A stretch of 64,000 bases of DNA from contig CAZTRG010000296.1 in the NCBI GenBank assembly GCA_964615885.1, forward strand, positions 10,313 through 74,312, read 5' to 3'. A model generated the notes under the pieces. The model did not search any database, was not told where the DNA came from, and saw only the letters and a list, made by a program, of their open reading frames with translations. Within the stretch, counting starts at the first letter, position 1, and each line of letters opens with the position of its first letter. This document shows positions 47,921-57,453 of this stretch, piece by piece. Source of the stretch: an uncultured Planctomycetia bacterium (lineage in GTDB: Bacteria; Planctomycetota; UBA8108). Made by a program: the position numbers and the translations under genes.

Positions 47921-48864
47921 CTCTGCCCCGCAGGGTCCACAGCTTCTGTATCTGGGTACCCACTCCCGGAAGGCTTCGCCTCCGGATCCACCGCCTCTTC
48001 TGCCGGACGGTTCTTCGTCAACAGCAGGTCTCCGAATACACCATCAAGCCTGTTGAGAACCTTGAATTCTTCCATGCATTCATCGAGCTGACGGCTGACC
48101 TTCCTCAGGGCCGGGTCCTGCCTCCCGCCAAGCCAGAAATTGGCGATTCTCGGCGAGAGGTGCTCGGCTGCTATTTCTCCGCTGACGGACCTGAGCAGCC
48201 TGCTGAGCTCGCTTGCAAGCTCAGCGTGGTTGCCGGGCCATGGATAAGAGCTGAGAGCCTCCAGGGCGTCGGGGCAGAAGACAGCCTCGGAGCCTGCAGT
48301 GAAATGGCGAACCAGGGCCCCGAGATCCTCCCTGCGCTTCCTCAGCGGGTCCAGGGCCAGCTGGGAGCCCGCGAAGGTGTCAAACAGCTTACGGTCAAAC
48401 AACCCGGCCCGCGTGAAAGAGGCGATATCTCTTGAGCTTGAAAACACCAGCCTGCTGAAGCCTCGCTCCCGGAGCTCTCCTCGACTGCAGGACTCGATAT
48501 ATTCCCGCAGGAGGGCCTGGATGGAAGGAGCCATTTCTTCGCACCTGGCGAGATAGCAGGTCCCCCCAGCGGATTCCTGGAGGATGCCCGGCTTCACGTT
48601 CTCCCCGGCCGCCGAATGGCTGCAGGCGAAGAGCTCGGCACCGAGCTCTTCGGAGAAAAACTCTGAGCAATCAACAACCTGGAAAGGATGCGCTCTTCGC
48701 AGGGAGCCACTGTGGATCAGGCGGGCGATCCGGTCCTTACCAACCCCGGGTTCTCCCGACAGGAGAACAGGCCCATCGAGGCTCGAATGAACTCGCACAA
48801 AATCACCCATCAGCCCCACTGCGGAACTTGACCCCACCATCGACCAGCAGCTTCCCGGCTTCAT
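47917..48864 (-). CDS. Degenerate sigma-54-activator-like AAA+ protein: Walker A retained, Walker B acidic residues and GAFTGA absent, no HTH
   Basis: LLSGEPGVGKDRIARLIH and ...PFQVVDCSEF resemble the EBP AAA+ core. The Walker B position reads GGTCYLARCEEM instead of GGTxFLDExGE. The GAFTGA position reads ELFACSHSAAGEN. No Fis-type HTH at the C-terminus. Confidence 0.55.
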   Translation of the reverse strand: MKPGSCWSMVGSSSAVGLMGDFVRVHSSLDGPVLLSGEPGVGKDRIARLIHSGSLRRAHPFQVVDCSEFFSEELGAELFACSHSAAGENVKPGILQESAGGTCYLARCEEMAPSIQALLREYIESCSRGELRERGFSRLVFSSSRDIASFTRAGLFDRKLFDTFAGSQLALDPLRKRREDLGALVRHFTAGSEAVFCPDALEALSSYPWPGNHAELASELSRLLRSVSGEIAAEHLSPRIANFWLGGRQDPALRKVSRQLDECMEEFKVLNRLDGVFGDLLLTKNRPAEEAVDPEAKPSGSGYPDTEAVDPAGQR

Positions 48865-49376
48865 CGATTCCTCCCCGGAGCGCTCAAGCTGTTGCTGCCT
48901 GGAAGGATCGTGCCGCTCTCAACCGCCTGGCTGGTCCCGGCACCAGCAGGACCCTGTTCCAATATGCCGAAGGAATCGGAGAGCAAGCCGGGCAGCTTGC
49001 CCACGCACCCGGCACACAAGCTCTTCCCGGTTTTTTCGCAACTGCCGGCCGCCTGCCGGCCGTCTTGTTTCAACTGCCCGTACATTGTTCAACATCCAAT
49101 GTGTTAACTGGTTTGTGGCAAATGAGGACACAACTCTGCTGCCTGCCCATGGCAGCAAGCTCATCCGCCAGGCTCCCGCGAAGCGGTTAACCGGCCCCAA
49201 AACCCGGTTCCGCAGAAGTATATGGCCTCATCCGGGGGTCGTCAAACCGATCAAATCACCGATAAGAAGAGCACTGAAGTGCCTCACAATGGCCTGAAAC
49301 AGCCTCCGGAGACCATCCGGATAACTTCTGCCGGCAGGGCTGCCGGCAGGGTACCGTTTTCGGAAGTTCAGCCACC

Positions 49377-52300
49377 TCAGGCTGAACTGCTGGCTGCCAT
49401 CTCTTCCATCTTTTCAGGGTCGTAGGACTCCAGCGAAACGGCCACTCGCTTAGAGACGCCCCGCTCCTGCATGGTGATGCCATAGAGTGTGTCGGCCTCG
49501 CCCATGGTGACCTTGTTATGGGTAATAATGATGAACTGGGTGTTGGCGAGGAAATCATCCAGGAGGACGGTAAATCGCCTGACATTCGCATCATCAAGAG
49601 GGGCATCGACCTCGTCCAGGATACAGAAAGGACTGGCCTTCGATTTGAAGATCGCCAGGAGCAAGGCGATTGTCGTCATCGTCTTCTCGCCACCGGACAT
49701 CTGCATCAGGGTTCGGAGCTTCTTGCCGGGAGGCCGGGCGACGATGTCGATTCCTGCCTCCAGGATATCGACCCCCTCCTCCAGGACCAGCTCTGCACGG
49801 CCCCCTCCGAAACACTTCCTGAAGAGATCCTTGAAGTTGGTCTGAACCGAGTCGAAGGTGTCCTGGAAGAGCTGCCTGCACTTGGCGTTGAGCTCGGCAA
49901 TGATGGCCTGGAATTCCTTCTCTGAATTTTCCAGGTCCGTCTTCTGGTCCATCTGAAACTTGTAGCGCTCCTCGAGCTCATCGAGTTCATCCAGCGCCTC
50001 CAGGTTGACGTTCCCCAGCTTGCGCATCTTCTCTCGCAGCTCTCCGAGCTCATCCTGTGCCTCCACAGGATTCCAGTCAGGCAGGGGTCGAAGGTAGCGC
50101 TCCTCATCGCTGAGTTCCGGTTCCGGCTCCGGTTCCTGCTGCTCCTGCTCAGAGCCAGGAGCAGCTTCTGTTCCTGCCTCGCCTTCCGCCTCTTCCTGGT
50201 CCTCCGGGGACTCGGGAAGCGGCGGCGGCCCTGCCTCCCGCCAGTGGCGCGCCTTCTCCAGGAGGGATTTGAGATCGATCCCATATTCCTCCTCGATCCG
50301 GTCGAGGGCTGTTTCCCGGCGGTGGCGTTCCTCCTGGTCTTTCAGCTGAAGGGCCTCCTTCCGGTCGGAATACTCCTTGATGACAGCCCGCACACTCTCA
50401 CACTGCCTATGGAGGCCATCCTCTTCCCGGGAGAGAAGCTGCTCCCGCTTCTCCTTGCTCTCGAGTTCCCCGACAAGCTCGACCTCCCGGTCACCCAGCT
50501 CCATAAGACGGCACCTGGCATCGACCTGGTCCTTGCGGGTCTCGAGAATCTTATCCTTCGTCAGGCTGATGGTTCTTCCAAGGTCTTCACAGCGGGCTTT
50601 CTGATCTTCGTAGTTCCTCTCCTGGCGCTGGAGAAACTCGTCAATGTTCTCCTCCTCATGCTCCACCTTACCCAGTGCCAGCTTAGCCTCAGAAACCCCG
50701 TCTTTGGCCGATTCCGCCTCCTGCCTCAACGATTCGAGGTCCTTTTCGAGCTGTTCGATGGAGGTTTCTGCCTCTGAACACTCCGAATCAAGCCTCGCAA
50801 TCTCGCTGGAATGATCTGACTCAACCCGGCTTTTGCGCGCAATATCCCTGAGCACCTCATCTCTCTCCTGGATATTCACTTTGATTTCCCGCTCCAGCTT
50901 CTCAACCTCCCTGGCCGCCTGCTCGATCTCTCCCTCGCAAACCATAGCCAGGCGCCGGGCATCATCTGCTGAGCGCCCCTTGTTTCCCCGGGCAAGACGG
51001 AGCTTACCAAGCTTCGCCCTCAGACCCTCAATCTCCCCCTCCAGGAGGGTACACTCCCGGTCACGGACCTGGATGGACTCACTGAGCCTGTCCAGCTCAA
51101 CCCCTTCGGCAAACCCGCCCTTTCCGCTTGCCGGCGCCGAGAGCCCGCCCCAGGGTTCGAGCAATTCCCCAGCAGGAGTGACAATCCTGCAGCTACCTGC
51201 TCCGTTGCGAGAGAGGGAGAAGGCCAGGGCTACATCCTCCACCAGCAGAACATCTGCAAGCAGCTGGTCGGCGACGGATTCAAAACCCGGCTCCACCTCA
51301 ACAAAATCCCGCAGGGGGCCAAGCACCCCATCTGCCTGGGAGAACGAAACGGCTGTAGCCGGAGCAGCCGGGGCAATACGGTCCAGCGATATAATTCCCG
51401 CGCCCTCGCCATCCTCACGCCTGACACAGCTCAGCAGTTCAAACACACCCTCCTGGCCTTCGACAATCACGGCATGGTTCATCTCACCAAGGGCCACCTC
51501 CAGTGCGGGTGCATACTCATCCGGAACCCGGAAAATCGACTGGACCCTGCCATTTACCTGCGCGGCTCCGTCGAGCTCGCCGGAACGCCTGGAAAACACA
51601 GCGGAGCTGTCCTGCAGAGAATTGAGGGCCTCGAAGCGCGAGGTGTCACGGTTGAGCTCCTTCCGCATCCCCCGCAGCTTCTCCTCCATCTCCTCTATGC
51701 GAGCCTCGAAGGTTTCCATCGCCTGTGAAATTTTTTCCCGCTCACGCTCCACCTCTCCGAGAGCTCCCCGGCTTTTCTCGGTCTTCTTCTCAAGGTTCTC
51801 GGCCCCGTCCATACAACGTCGCAGGGCCTCCTCCTGCCGGCTGATGGTTCCATCGTAATGAACCTCTCTCTCCCGGAGGCTCTTGAGGCTGGCCGTGGTT
51901 TCTACCAGGAGGTTATAGGTGGCCGCGCGTTCCTGCAGCCCTTCAACCAGGCCCTCCTTGCGGGACTCAAGCAGGCGCCGCAGGTCCGCCACCTGCCCCC
52001 GGCGCAGCCGCAGCTCTTCCTTTGCGTCCGCGAGCACTGTGCGGCAGGCTTCGAGGTTTGACTGGAGGCCACCGGACTTGCTCCGCTCCTGGTGGACCTG
52101 CAGCCGTGTTCTCTCCAGGCTGGCTGCAGCCTGGTGCAGCTCCTCTTTCCGGGCTGATTCTTCCTCGATCAGCTCCACGTACCTCTTGTCGGCATGGTTG
52201 ATCTCTCCCTTGGTGCGCTCCCTGGCCAGGCGCTCCTCTTCCACCCTGTCGCGGGATTGCTGAAGGTCGCTTCGCAGCTGCTCCCGCTCACCCCGCCTGG

Positions 52301-53111
52301 ATTCGATCTGTTCGCCAAGGCGGCGCAGCTCACCCTCCTGGACCGTGATCTTCTCCAGGACATCATCAAGCCCGGTGGAAAGCTTTGAGCCCTCCACCAC
52401 AGATCCCTGGTAAGCATCCAGGGCAATACGAACCCTGAGATCCCTGATGCGGTCAGAGTAGGCCTGGTAGCGCCTTGCCTTGCTCGCCTGGGCCTTGACG
52501 CGCCGGACCCTCTTGCCCACTTCATCAATAAGATCCTGCAGCCTGCTGAGGTTGTCCTCCACCCGCAGCAAGGCCCTCAGGCTCTCCGCCTTGCGGACCC
52601 TGTACTTGGAGATCCCGGCGGCCTCTTCGAAAACCACCCGGCGGTCGGAATTGCTGGCCTGCAGAAGAACATCGATCTTGCCCTGCTCCAGGATGGAATA
52701 GGAGGTTGCCCCGAAACCTGTATCCAGGAAGAGGGTCTTGATGTCCTTGAGGCGGCAGGGCTGCTTGTTGATGAGATATTCACTCTCGCCGCTTCTGAAC
52801 AGGCGCCTGGTGACCGCCACCTCTGAGAAGTCGATATCGAAATACCTGTCGGCATTGTCAAACACGACCGTGACCTCAGCATAGCCAAGCGGTTTGCGGT
52901 TCTGGGTACCGCCGAAGATAACATCCTGCATCTCCGTACCCCGGAGTCCCTTGGGGGACTGGCTTCCAAGGATCCACTTGAAGGCATCGACTACGTTTGA
53001 CTTCCCGCAACCGTTCGGCCCGACGATCCCTGTAACGCCCGGTTTGAAATCCAGGCTCGTACGGTCCGCGAACGACTTAAAACCTACCAGCTCAAGCTTC
53101 TTCAGATGCAC
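49377..53111 (-). CDS. smc: Chromosome segregation protein SMC
   Basis: N-terminal Walker A MHLKKLELVGFKSFADRTSLDFKPGVTGIVGPNGCGKSNVVDAF. Long coiled coils and hinge. C-terminal signature/Walker B (LSGGEKTMTTIALLLAIF...FCILDEVDAPLD). Confidence 0.9.
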   Translation of the reverse strand: MHLKKLELVGFKSFADRTSLDFKPGVTGIVGPNGCGKSNVVDAFKWILGSQSPKGLRGTEMQDVIFGGTQNRKPLGYAEVTVVFDNADRYFDIDFSEVAVTRRLFRSGESEYLINKQPCRLKDIKTLFLDTGFGATSYSILEQGKIDVLLQASNSDRRVVFEEAAGISKYRVRKAESLRALLRVEDNLSRLQDLIDEVGKRVRRVKAQASKARRYQAYSDRIRDLRVRIALDAYQGSVVEGSKLSTGLDDVLEKITVQEGELRRLGEQIESRRGEREQLRSDLQQSRDRVEEERLARERTKGEINHADKRYVELIEEESARKEELHQAAASLERTRLQVHQERSKSGGLQSNLEACRTVLADAKEELRLRRGQVADLRRLLESRKEGLVEGLQERAATYNLLVETTASLKSLREREVHYDGTISRQEEALRRCMDGAENLEKKTEKSRGALGEVEREREKISQAMETFEARIEEMEEKLRGMRKELNRDTSRFEALNSLQDSSAVFSRRSGELDGAAQVNGRVQSIFRVPDEYAPALEVALGEMNHAVIVEGQEGVFELLSCVRREDGEGAGIISLDRIAPAAPATAVSFSQADGVLGPLRDFVEVEPGFESVADQLLADVLLVEDVALAFSLSRNGAGSCRIVTPAGELLEPWGGLSAPASGKGGFAEGVELDRLSESIQVRDRECTLLEGEIEGLRAKLGKLRLARGNKGRSADDARRLAMVCEGEIEQAAREVEKLEREIKVNIQERDEVLRDIARKSRVESDHSSEIARLDSECSEAETSIEQLEKDLESLRQEAESAKDGVSEAKLALGKVEHEEENIDEFLQRQERNYEDQKARCEDLGRTISLTKDKILETRKDQVDARCRLMELGDREVELVGELESKEKREQLLSREEDGLHRQCESVRAVIKEYSDRKEALQLKDQEERHRRETALDRIEEEYGIDLKSLLEKARHWREAGPPPLPESPEDQEEAEGEAGTEAAPGSEQEQQEPEPEPELSDEERYLRPLPDWNPVEAQDELGELREKMRKLGNVNLEALDELDELEERYKFQMDQKTDLENSEKEFQAIIAELNAKCRQLFQDTFDSVQTNFKDLFRKCFGGGRAELVLEEGVDILEAGIDIVARPPGKKLRTLMQMSGGEKTMTTIALLLAIFKSKASPFCILDEVDAPLDDANVRRFTVLLDDFLANTQFIIITHNKVTMGEADTLYGITMQERGVSKRVAVSLESYDPEKMEEMAASSSA

Positions 53112-53214
53112 CTTGAAACGCCTCTCTTCACTTCCAGCCCGGAAAAGCCTTCCGCCCAGATGGGTGGAACCCGGGTCAGTCTTTCACTTCTTCAATTCCC
53201 GCCCTGCCCGCTGC

Positions 53215-55227
53215 CTACTCCTCTCTCAAGACCGCCGCATCCTGCGGCGCAAAAACTTCCAGGGCCCCCGCGATCAGCCCGCAGTACTGCTCCTGGCTGA
53301 TCGAGCCCAGGCTAGTTCCCACGACTCCTCCTCGGGGAACAACCTTCGTCAAATACCGGGCAAGAAGCCCCATCGATTTCAGCGGATCCTGCTCCCTGGA
53401 ACGAACACCGGAGCAGTAGAGAGCCCCGGCATCTTCAAGAGGCCGGACATTCTCCGGATACAGGCGCCCATCCATAACCTGGAGACGCCTGATCTGCCCC
53501 AGGTTGCGGCTCTCCTCAAGGACCAGGGATAAGCCGAGGCGATTCTCCTCCACCTCGAGTCTCTTCTCTAAACCGCCGATGATTTCCAGGGCCTTGTCTG
53601 CTGCGGCGCCGGATTCATGCAGCTGGGTTCCGCAGAGATAGTGGGCGCATTCATTCAGTCCCACCAGGCCGATGATTCCCGTCGCGCCCTCCTCCAGCAG
53701 TCTCCCCCCAGCACCAATACCTGCCAGCTCGCAGAGACCGGCGAAGATACTCTCCTCCCCGGAAAACACCTTCGTCAGCAAACGGGTTCTTTCACGGATC
53801 CCCTTAACCGCCAGGGCGACAATTTCATCCAGCTCAGTTTCAATACTTGCACCACCGCCTCGCGCAGAACGGTAAGCGGCCCGCGGCAGGTTGATCGTCG
53901 TCTTTCCTGCCACCAGGACAGGCAAGCGGGACCGGTCCTGCAGACGGCTGCAGGACACCGGCACCAGGTCGAACTCGATGCCTGCTTCTGAGAGCAACAC
54001 CAGCCTGGCAGCCAGGTTCTCAATCCCCTCTGCAGCTGAAGGCTGGAGCCTTATGAGCAAATGCGGAGCTTCGCCTCCCCGGCGGACTCCCCCAATGAGG
54101 GAATCAAGGAATTCCAGGTGGCCGTCCCGGGCCGTGTCCAGCTCGATGACCAGTCCGGGAGCTCCATCGGACTGCCCTGAAGGGGACAGGGGAAGACGGT
54201 CCACCCCGGGCGAAGTGAAGGGTACATTTTCAGCCTGCACCTCCCGGGACACCAGCTCCCCGATACCCGGCTCCTCCAGCGAGAGAACGTCCTCAAAACC
54301 AGCCAGGAGCCTGTAACAACGAAGCGGATTGGCCAGGTCATGCACATAAAACCTGCCGTTGCGGTGGGCTCTTGCGACCTCCGGAGACAGAACCTCTTCC
54401 AGCGAGTACTGCAGGAGCATTCTGCGGGCGATATCCTGTTCAATCTCCCTGGGAGTCGAACGCAATCCCGGGGAATTGCCGGCAGCTTCGCCATGGATCA
54501 TCTTCTCCATGTCGTATTTCGGCAGCCCCAGGGGAGCCTGCTTTTTGAGCTTGGTATCATAGCCACGCTCAAAGAGCTCGTTATCCACCAGCTCCCTGAT
54601 CAGCGCGGTCGAGATCAGCAGGATCCCCGTACGAAGAACCTTGGCCTCGACACTCGCAGCAATCTCCTCTGCTACCGCGGGGTCAAGATCGGCCTCCCTG
54701 ATGAGTGCTGCGGTTATCCTGGCCTTCTTCCAGGAAGAGACTCCCGCATCGGTTTTCTCAACGGCCGGCAATTCGCCCGGCGTCCCTTTTTCCCGGGGCG
54801 CTTTCTCCCGGCGCACCTCCAGTGTCTGGCGCAGCACCTCCCGCTTCCTGCGGTAGAGAATATAAGACTTGGCGATCTCTCCGCAGTCGGGACGTGACAT
54901 CAGCACCTTCTCCACCACGTCCTGGATCTCTTCGATGTGAGGAATGCCGCTTTCCAGCGATCCGGATTTCTCAGTCAGCAGGAAGTGCCCGACCACCTCC
55001 GCAAGCTCTCGCGCATACCCGGCGTCGGCTGCACCGACTGAAACCTGGGCGCGGTAGATTGCATCGGAGATTTTATCCAGGTCAAAGGGGACAACCCGGC
55101 TGTCTCGTTTTCGCACTTCGCGGATATTCATGATGACATTGGCCTGGGCTCTTCGCCCGGCTCGATCCTCTGCGGTACTTCGTCTTTCGTTCGAAACCCG
55201 CAACAGTGTCACACAATTAGTGGGCAA
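53215..55227 (-). CDS. ATP-cone protein with class III (NrdD-like) ribonucleotide-reductase-like N-terminal motifs. No canonical glycyl-radical motif recognised.
   Basis: ATP-cone starting at the internal Met (MNIREVRKRDSRVVPFDLDKISDAIYRA, ~55131). NrdD-like segment SPEVARAHRNGRFYVHDL (compare E. coli NrdD PEELVHAHHKGLIHLHDM). C-terminus has Cys pairs (CAHYLC, YCSG, YCG) but no RVCGY-type motif. Immediately downstream of nrdR. Confidence 0.45.
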   Translation of the reverse strand: MPTNCVTLLRVSNERRSTAEDRAGRRAQANVIMNIREVRKRDSRVVPFDLDKISDAIYRAQVSVGAADAGYARELAEVVGHFLLTEKSGSLESGIPHIEEIQDVVEKVLMSRPDCGEIAKSYILYRRKREVLRQTLEVRREKAPREKGTPGELPAVEKTDAGVSSWKKARITAALIREADLDPAVAEEIAASVEAKVLRTGILLISTALIRELVDNELFERGYDTKLKKQAPLGLPKYDMEKMIHGEAAGNSPGLRSTPREIEQDIARRMLLQYSLEEVLSPEVARAHRNGRFYVHDLANPLRCYRLLAGFEDVLSLEEPGIGELVSREVQAENVPFTSPGVDRLPLSPSGQSDGAPGLVIELDTARDGHLEFLDSLIGGVRRGGEAPHLLIRLQPSAAEGIENLAARLVLLSEAGIEFDLVPVSCSRLQDRSRLPVLVAGKTTINLPRAAYRSARGGGASIETELDEIVALAVKGIRERTRLLTKVFSGEESIFAGLCELAGIGAGGRLLEEGATGIIGLVGLNECAHYLCGTQLHESGAAADKALEIIGGLEKRLEVEENRLGLSLVLEESRNLGQIRRLQVMDGRLYPENVRPLEDAGALYCSGVRSREQDPLKSMGLLARYLTKVVPRGGVVGTSLGSISQEQYCGLIAGALEVFAPQDAAVLREE

Positions 55228-55240
55228 TGCTCAATACCAC

Positions 55241-55747
55241 TCAGTGCAGGACTTCATCTTTTAGCTCGCCCGCCACAGGGGAGGTGCAGGCGGTTGGCGA
55301 ACGGCGCAGAGGCTCAACGGCCTCGTGGAATTGTTCCACATCAGTAAATTCCCGGTAGACGGAGGCGAACCTCACATAGGCAACCTGGTCGATCTCCTTG
55401 AGGATCTCGCTGACATGCTCTCCCACCGAGCGGGTGCTGACCTCGTTGTCGTATTTCTCAAACACCTCGGTCTCAACACGGCTGGCGATAGCCTCCAGCT
55501 GTTCTTCGGAGATGGGGCGTTTCTTGCAGGCGAAGCGGAGTCCCTGCAGGATCTTGTCCCGGTTGAAATGCTCACGCCGCTGGTCCTGTTTAACCACCAG
55601 CCGTGGAGCGGCCTCAATCCTCTCATAGGTCGTGAACCTTTTATCGCACCCCAGGCACTTGCGCCGCCTGCGGATTGAATTGCCCTCACCTATGACGCGC
55701 GAATCGACAACTCTGTCGTTGTCCTTCTTGCAAAAGGGACACTGCAT
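55241..55747 (-). CDS. nrdR: Transcriptional repressor NrdR (zinc ribbon plus ATP-cone)
   Basis: MQCPFCKKDNDRVVDSR...RRRRKCLGCDKRFTTYE zinc ribbon followed by an ATP-cone. The start is taken at the internal Met (MQCPFC); the ORF track begins 17 codons upstream. Confidence 0.85.
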   Translation of the reverse strand: MQCPFCKKDNDRVVDSRVIGEGNSIRRRRKCLGCDKRFTTYERIEAAPRLVVKQDQRREHFNRDKILQGLRFACKKRPISEEQLEAIASRVETEVFEKYDNEVSTRSVGEHVSEILKEIDQVAYVRFASVYREFTDVEQFHEAVEPLRRSPTACTSPVAGELKDEVLH

Positions 55748-56015
55748 ATACGAAAGCTCCTCTGTGATTACCGCGCGATTGCCTGCAGCTGCAGGCAATT
55801 ACAATTCAACCGCCCTGTTGGACGGCAGCTCTTCACACGGACCGTCCTGGGGCCTCTCCAACAACTGGAGGACTCTCCTGATCTTCTCTTCTTCTGACTT
55901 CTCTTCTTTTTTCTTCTTCTCTTCTATCCCACTGCTGTGGGGACGGGTCCATTAGTTAACACACAACTACCTGTGGTGCAAGGGGTAGTGTTATCGGAGC
56001 GGCACCTTTTTAGGG

Positions 56016-57421
56016 TCATTTGCCGATGCAGAAACTGGAAAACACATGGGCGAGCACATCATCTGGCGTTACCTTGCCGGTGAGGTCCTCCAGGCACCGC
56101 AATGCGTCCCGCAGATCAGCAGCTGCAAGCTCAAGCCCCAACCCTTCAGCAAGAACCTCCAGGGCTCTCTCAAGAGCCCCGGAAGCCGCCTGCAGAGCGG
56201 ATTCCTGGTGGGCGCTGACCAGCAAGTCCGGCGGCTCCCCCGCCTTGAGGCCCGAATCAGAAGTTTTCAGCGCCCGGGAACGCACGGCCTCCCGCAGGCT
56301 GGAGATTCCCGTACCTTTCAGCGCCGAAACAAACAGTGCAGCAGGGTATTGCCGCTGAAGGCTGGCCCGGTCCTGCTCTTCCAGGAGATCTGCCTTGTTA
56401 AAAATCAGCAGCTTCACCCTTGAATCAAGGGCAGCGCAGGCCTCCAGGCTTTCGGCCGGATCGCTGGTGGCATCAACCAGCCAGAGAACTGCATCGGCAT
56501 ACTCGAGCTCGAAACGGGTGAGCCGCTCGACGGCAGTCCTGGTCTCAGGGTTCATTTTTTTATCGAGCCCCACAGCTGCAGCCCCTTCCGGACAGCTTCC
56601 TGCAAGATCAACCCACATCACGGAGAGCCCCGCTTCACGGGTAGCTGCCCGTACAGGATCGCGGGTGGTTCCGGCCAGCTCCGACACCAGCGCCGCCCTG
56701 CTGCCCAGGAGAGTGTTGAGAAGACTCGACTTCCCTGCATTGGGCAGGCCGGCGAGAACACAGCGAAACCCATCCCCTCCCGCCAGGCGCAGCGTGGTCG
56801 AACTCCTCAGCTGGTCCATCTGCTCCGCAGCCTCCCGGACCCCGGCCGAGATCTCTCCGGCAGCCATCCCGGGGAGGTCCTCATCAGAAAAATCGATGCA
56901 GCTCTCCAGCAGTGCAAGCGACCTGGTCAGGAGTTCTGACACCTCCCCCGCCTTCTCTCCCAGCTCACCAGCCAGGCCGCGCTGGGCTGCCCGCAGCTCC
57001 GCCTCCCCGGTGGCGCTGATCACCTGGGCAACGGCTTCGGCCTGGGCAAGGTCGATTCGCCCGTTTCGAAAAGCTCGCAGGGTGAACTCACCTGGCCCGG
57101 CCCGGCGCACCCCCTCCTCCAGGGCAAGCCTTCTTGCCAGGAGCCCCATCAAGGGGGCACTGGCCGGAAGATGAATCTCGACCATGTCCTCCCTGGTATA
57201 GGAGCTCGGTGCCCTGTAGACGACAACCCAGGCCTTCACCAGGTCTCCAGCGACCAGCAGCTCGAGCTCGACACCTTCAAATCCCCGGCATTCATCGAGG
57301 AGGCCGGGCCTCGACGCGAGCTTTTCGACAGCCGGAATCGAGGCGGGCCCGCTCAGGCGAAAGACACCACGGGCGGCGGTTCCTGCGGCTGTGGCAGAAG
57401 CGAAGATCGTTCCATCGAGCA
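56016..57421 (-). CDS. mnmE: tRNA modification GTPase MnmE
   Basis: G domain (AGLPNAGKSSLLNTLLG; DLAG). C-terminal signature FSSFCIGK. The N-terminus (M)LDGTIFASATAAG resembles MnmE's TIAAIATPPG. A GTG start at 57421 is proposed because the longer ATG ORF overlaps yidC by 190 nt. Confidence 0.85.
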
Positions 57422-57453
57422 CGGCCAGCCCTCCCTGTTCCGGCGCGATTCCT

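Noticed and set aside
49366-49387. 8-bp stem hairpin (GTTCAGCC-acctca-GGCTGAAC) overlapping the smc stop codon
   Set aside because: No downstream U-run on the minus-strand transcript. May be coincidental or a weak attenuator. Insufficient evidence.
50833-51858. 341-aa plus-strand ORF inside smc, and similar ORFs (49489..49845, 50244..50777, 51919..52263)
   Set aside because: Antisense or off-frame within a well-supported 1244-aa SMC gene. Ser/Arg-rich low-complexity translations.
55201-55230. Possible NrdR box (CACACAATTAGTG) between nrdR and the ATP-cone gene
   Set aside because: It is only a 4/6 half-site match to the acaCwAtATaTwGtgt consensus. There is no second box at the usual ~31-bp spacing. 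Too weak to call without a genome-wide motif search.
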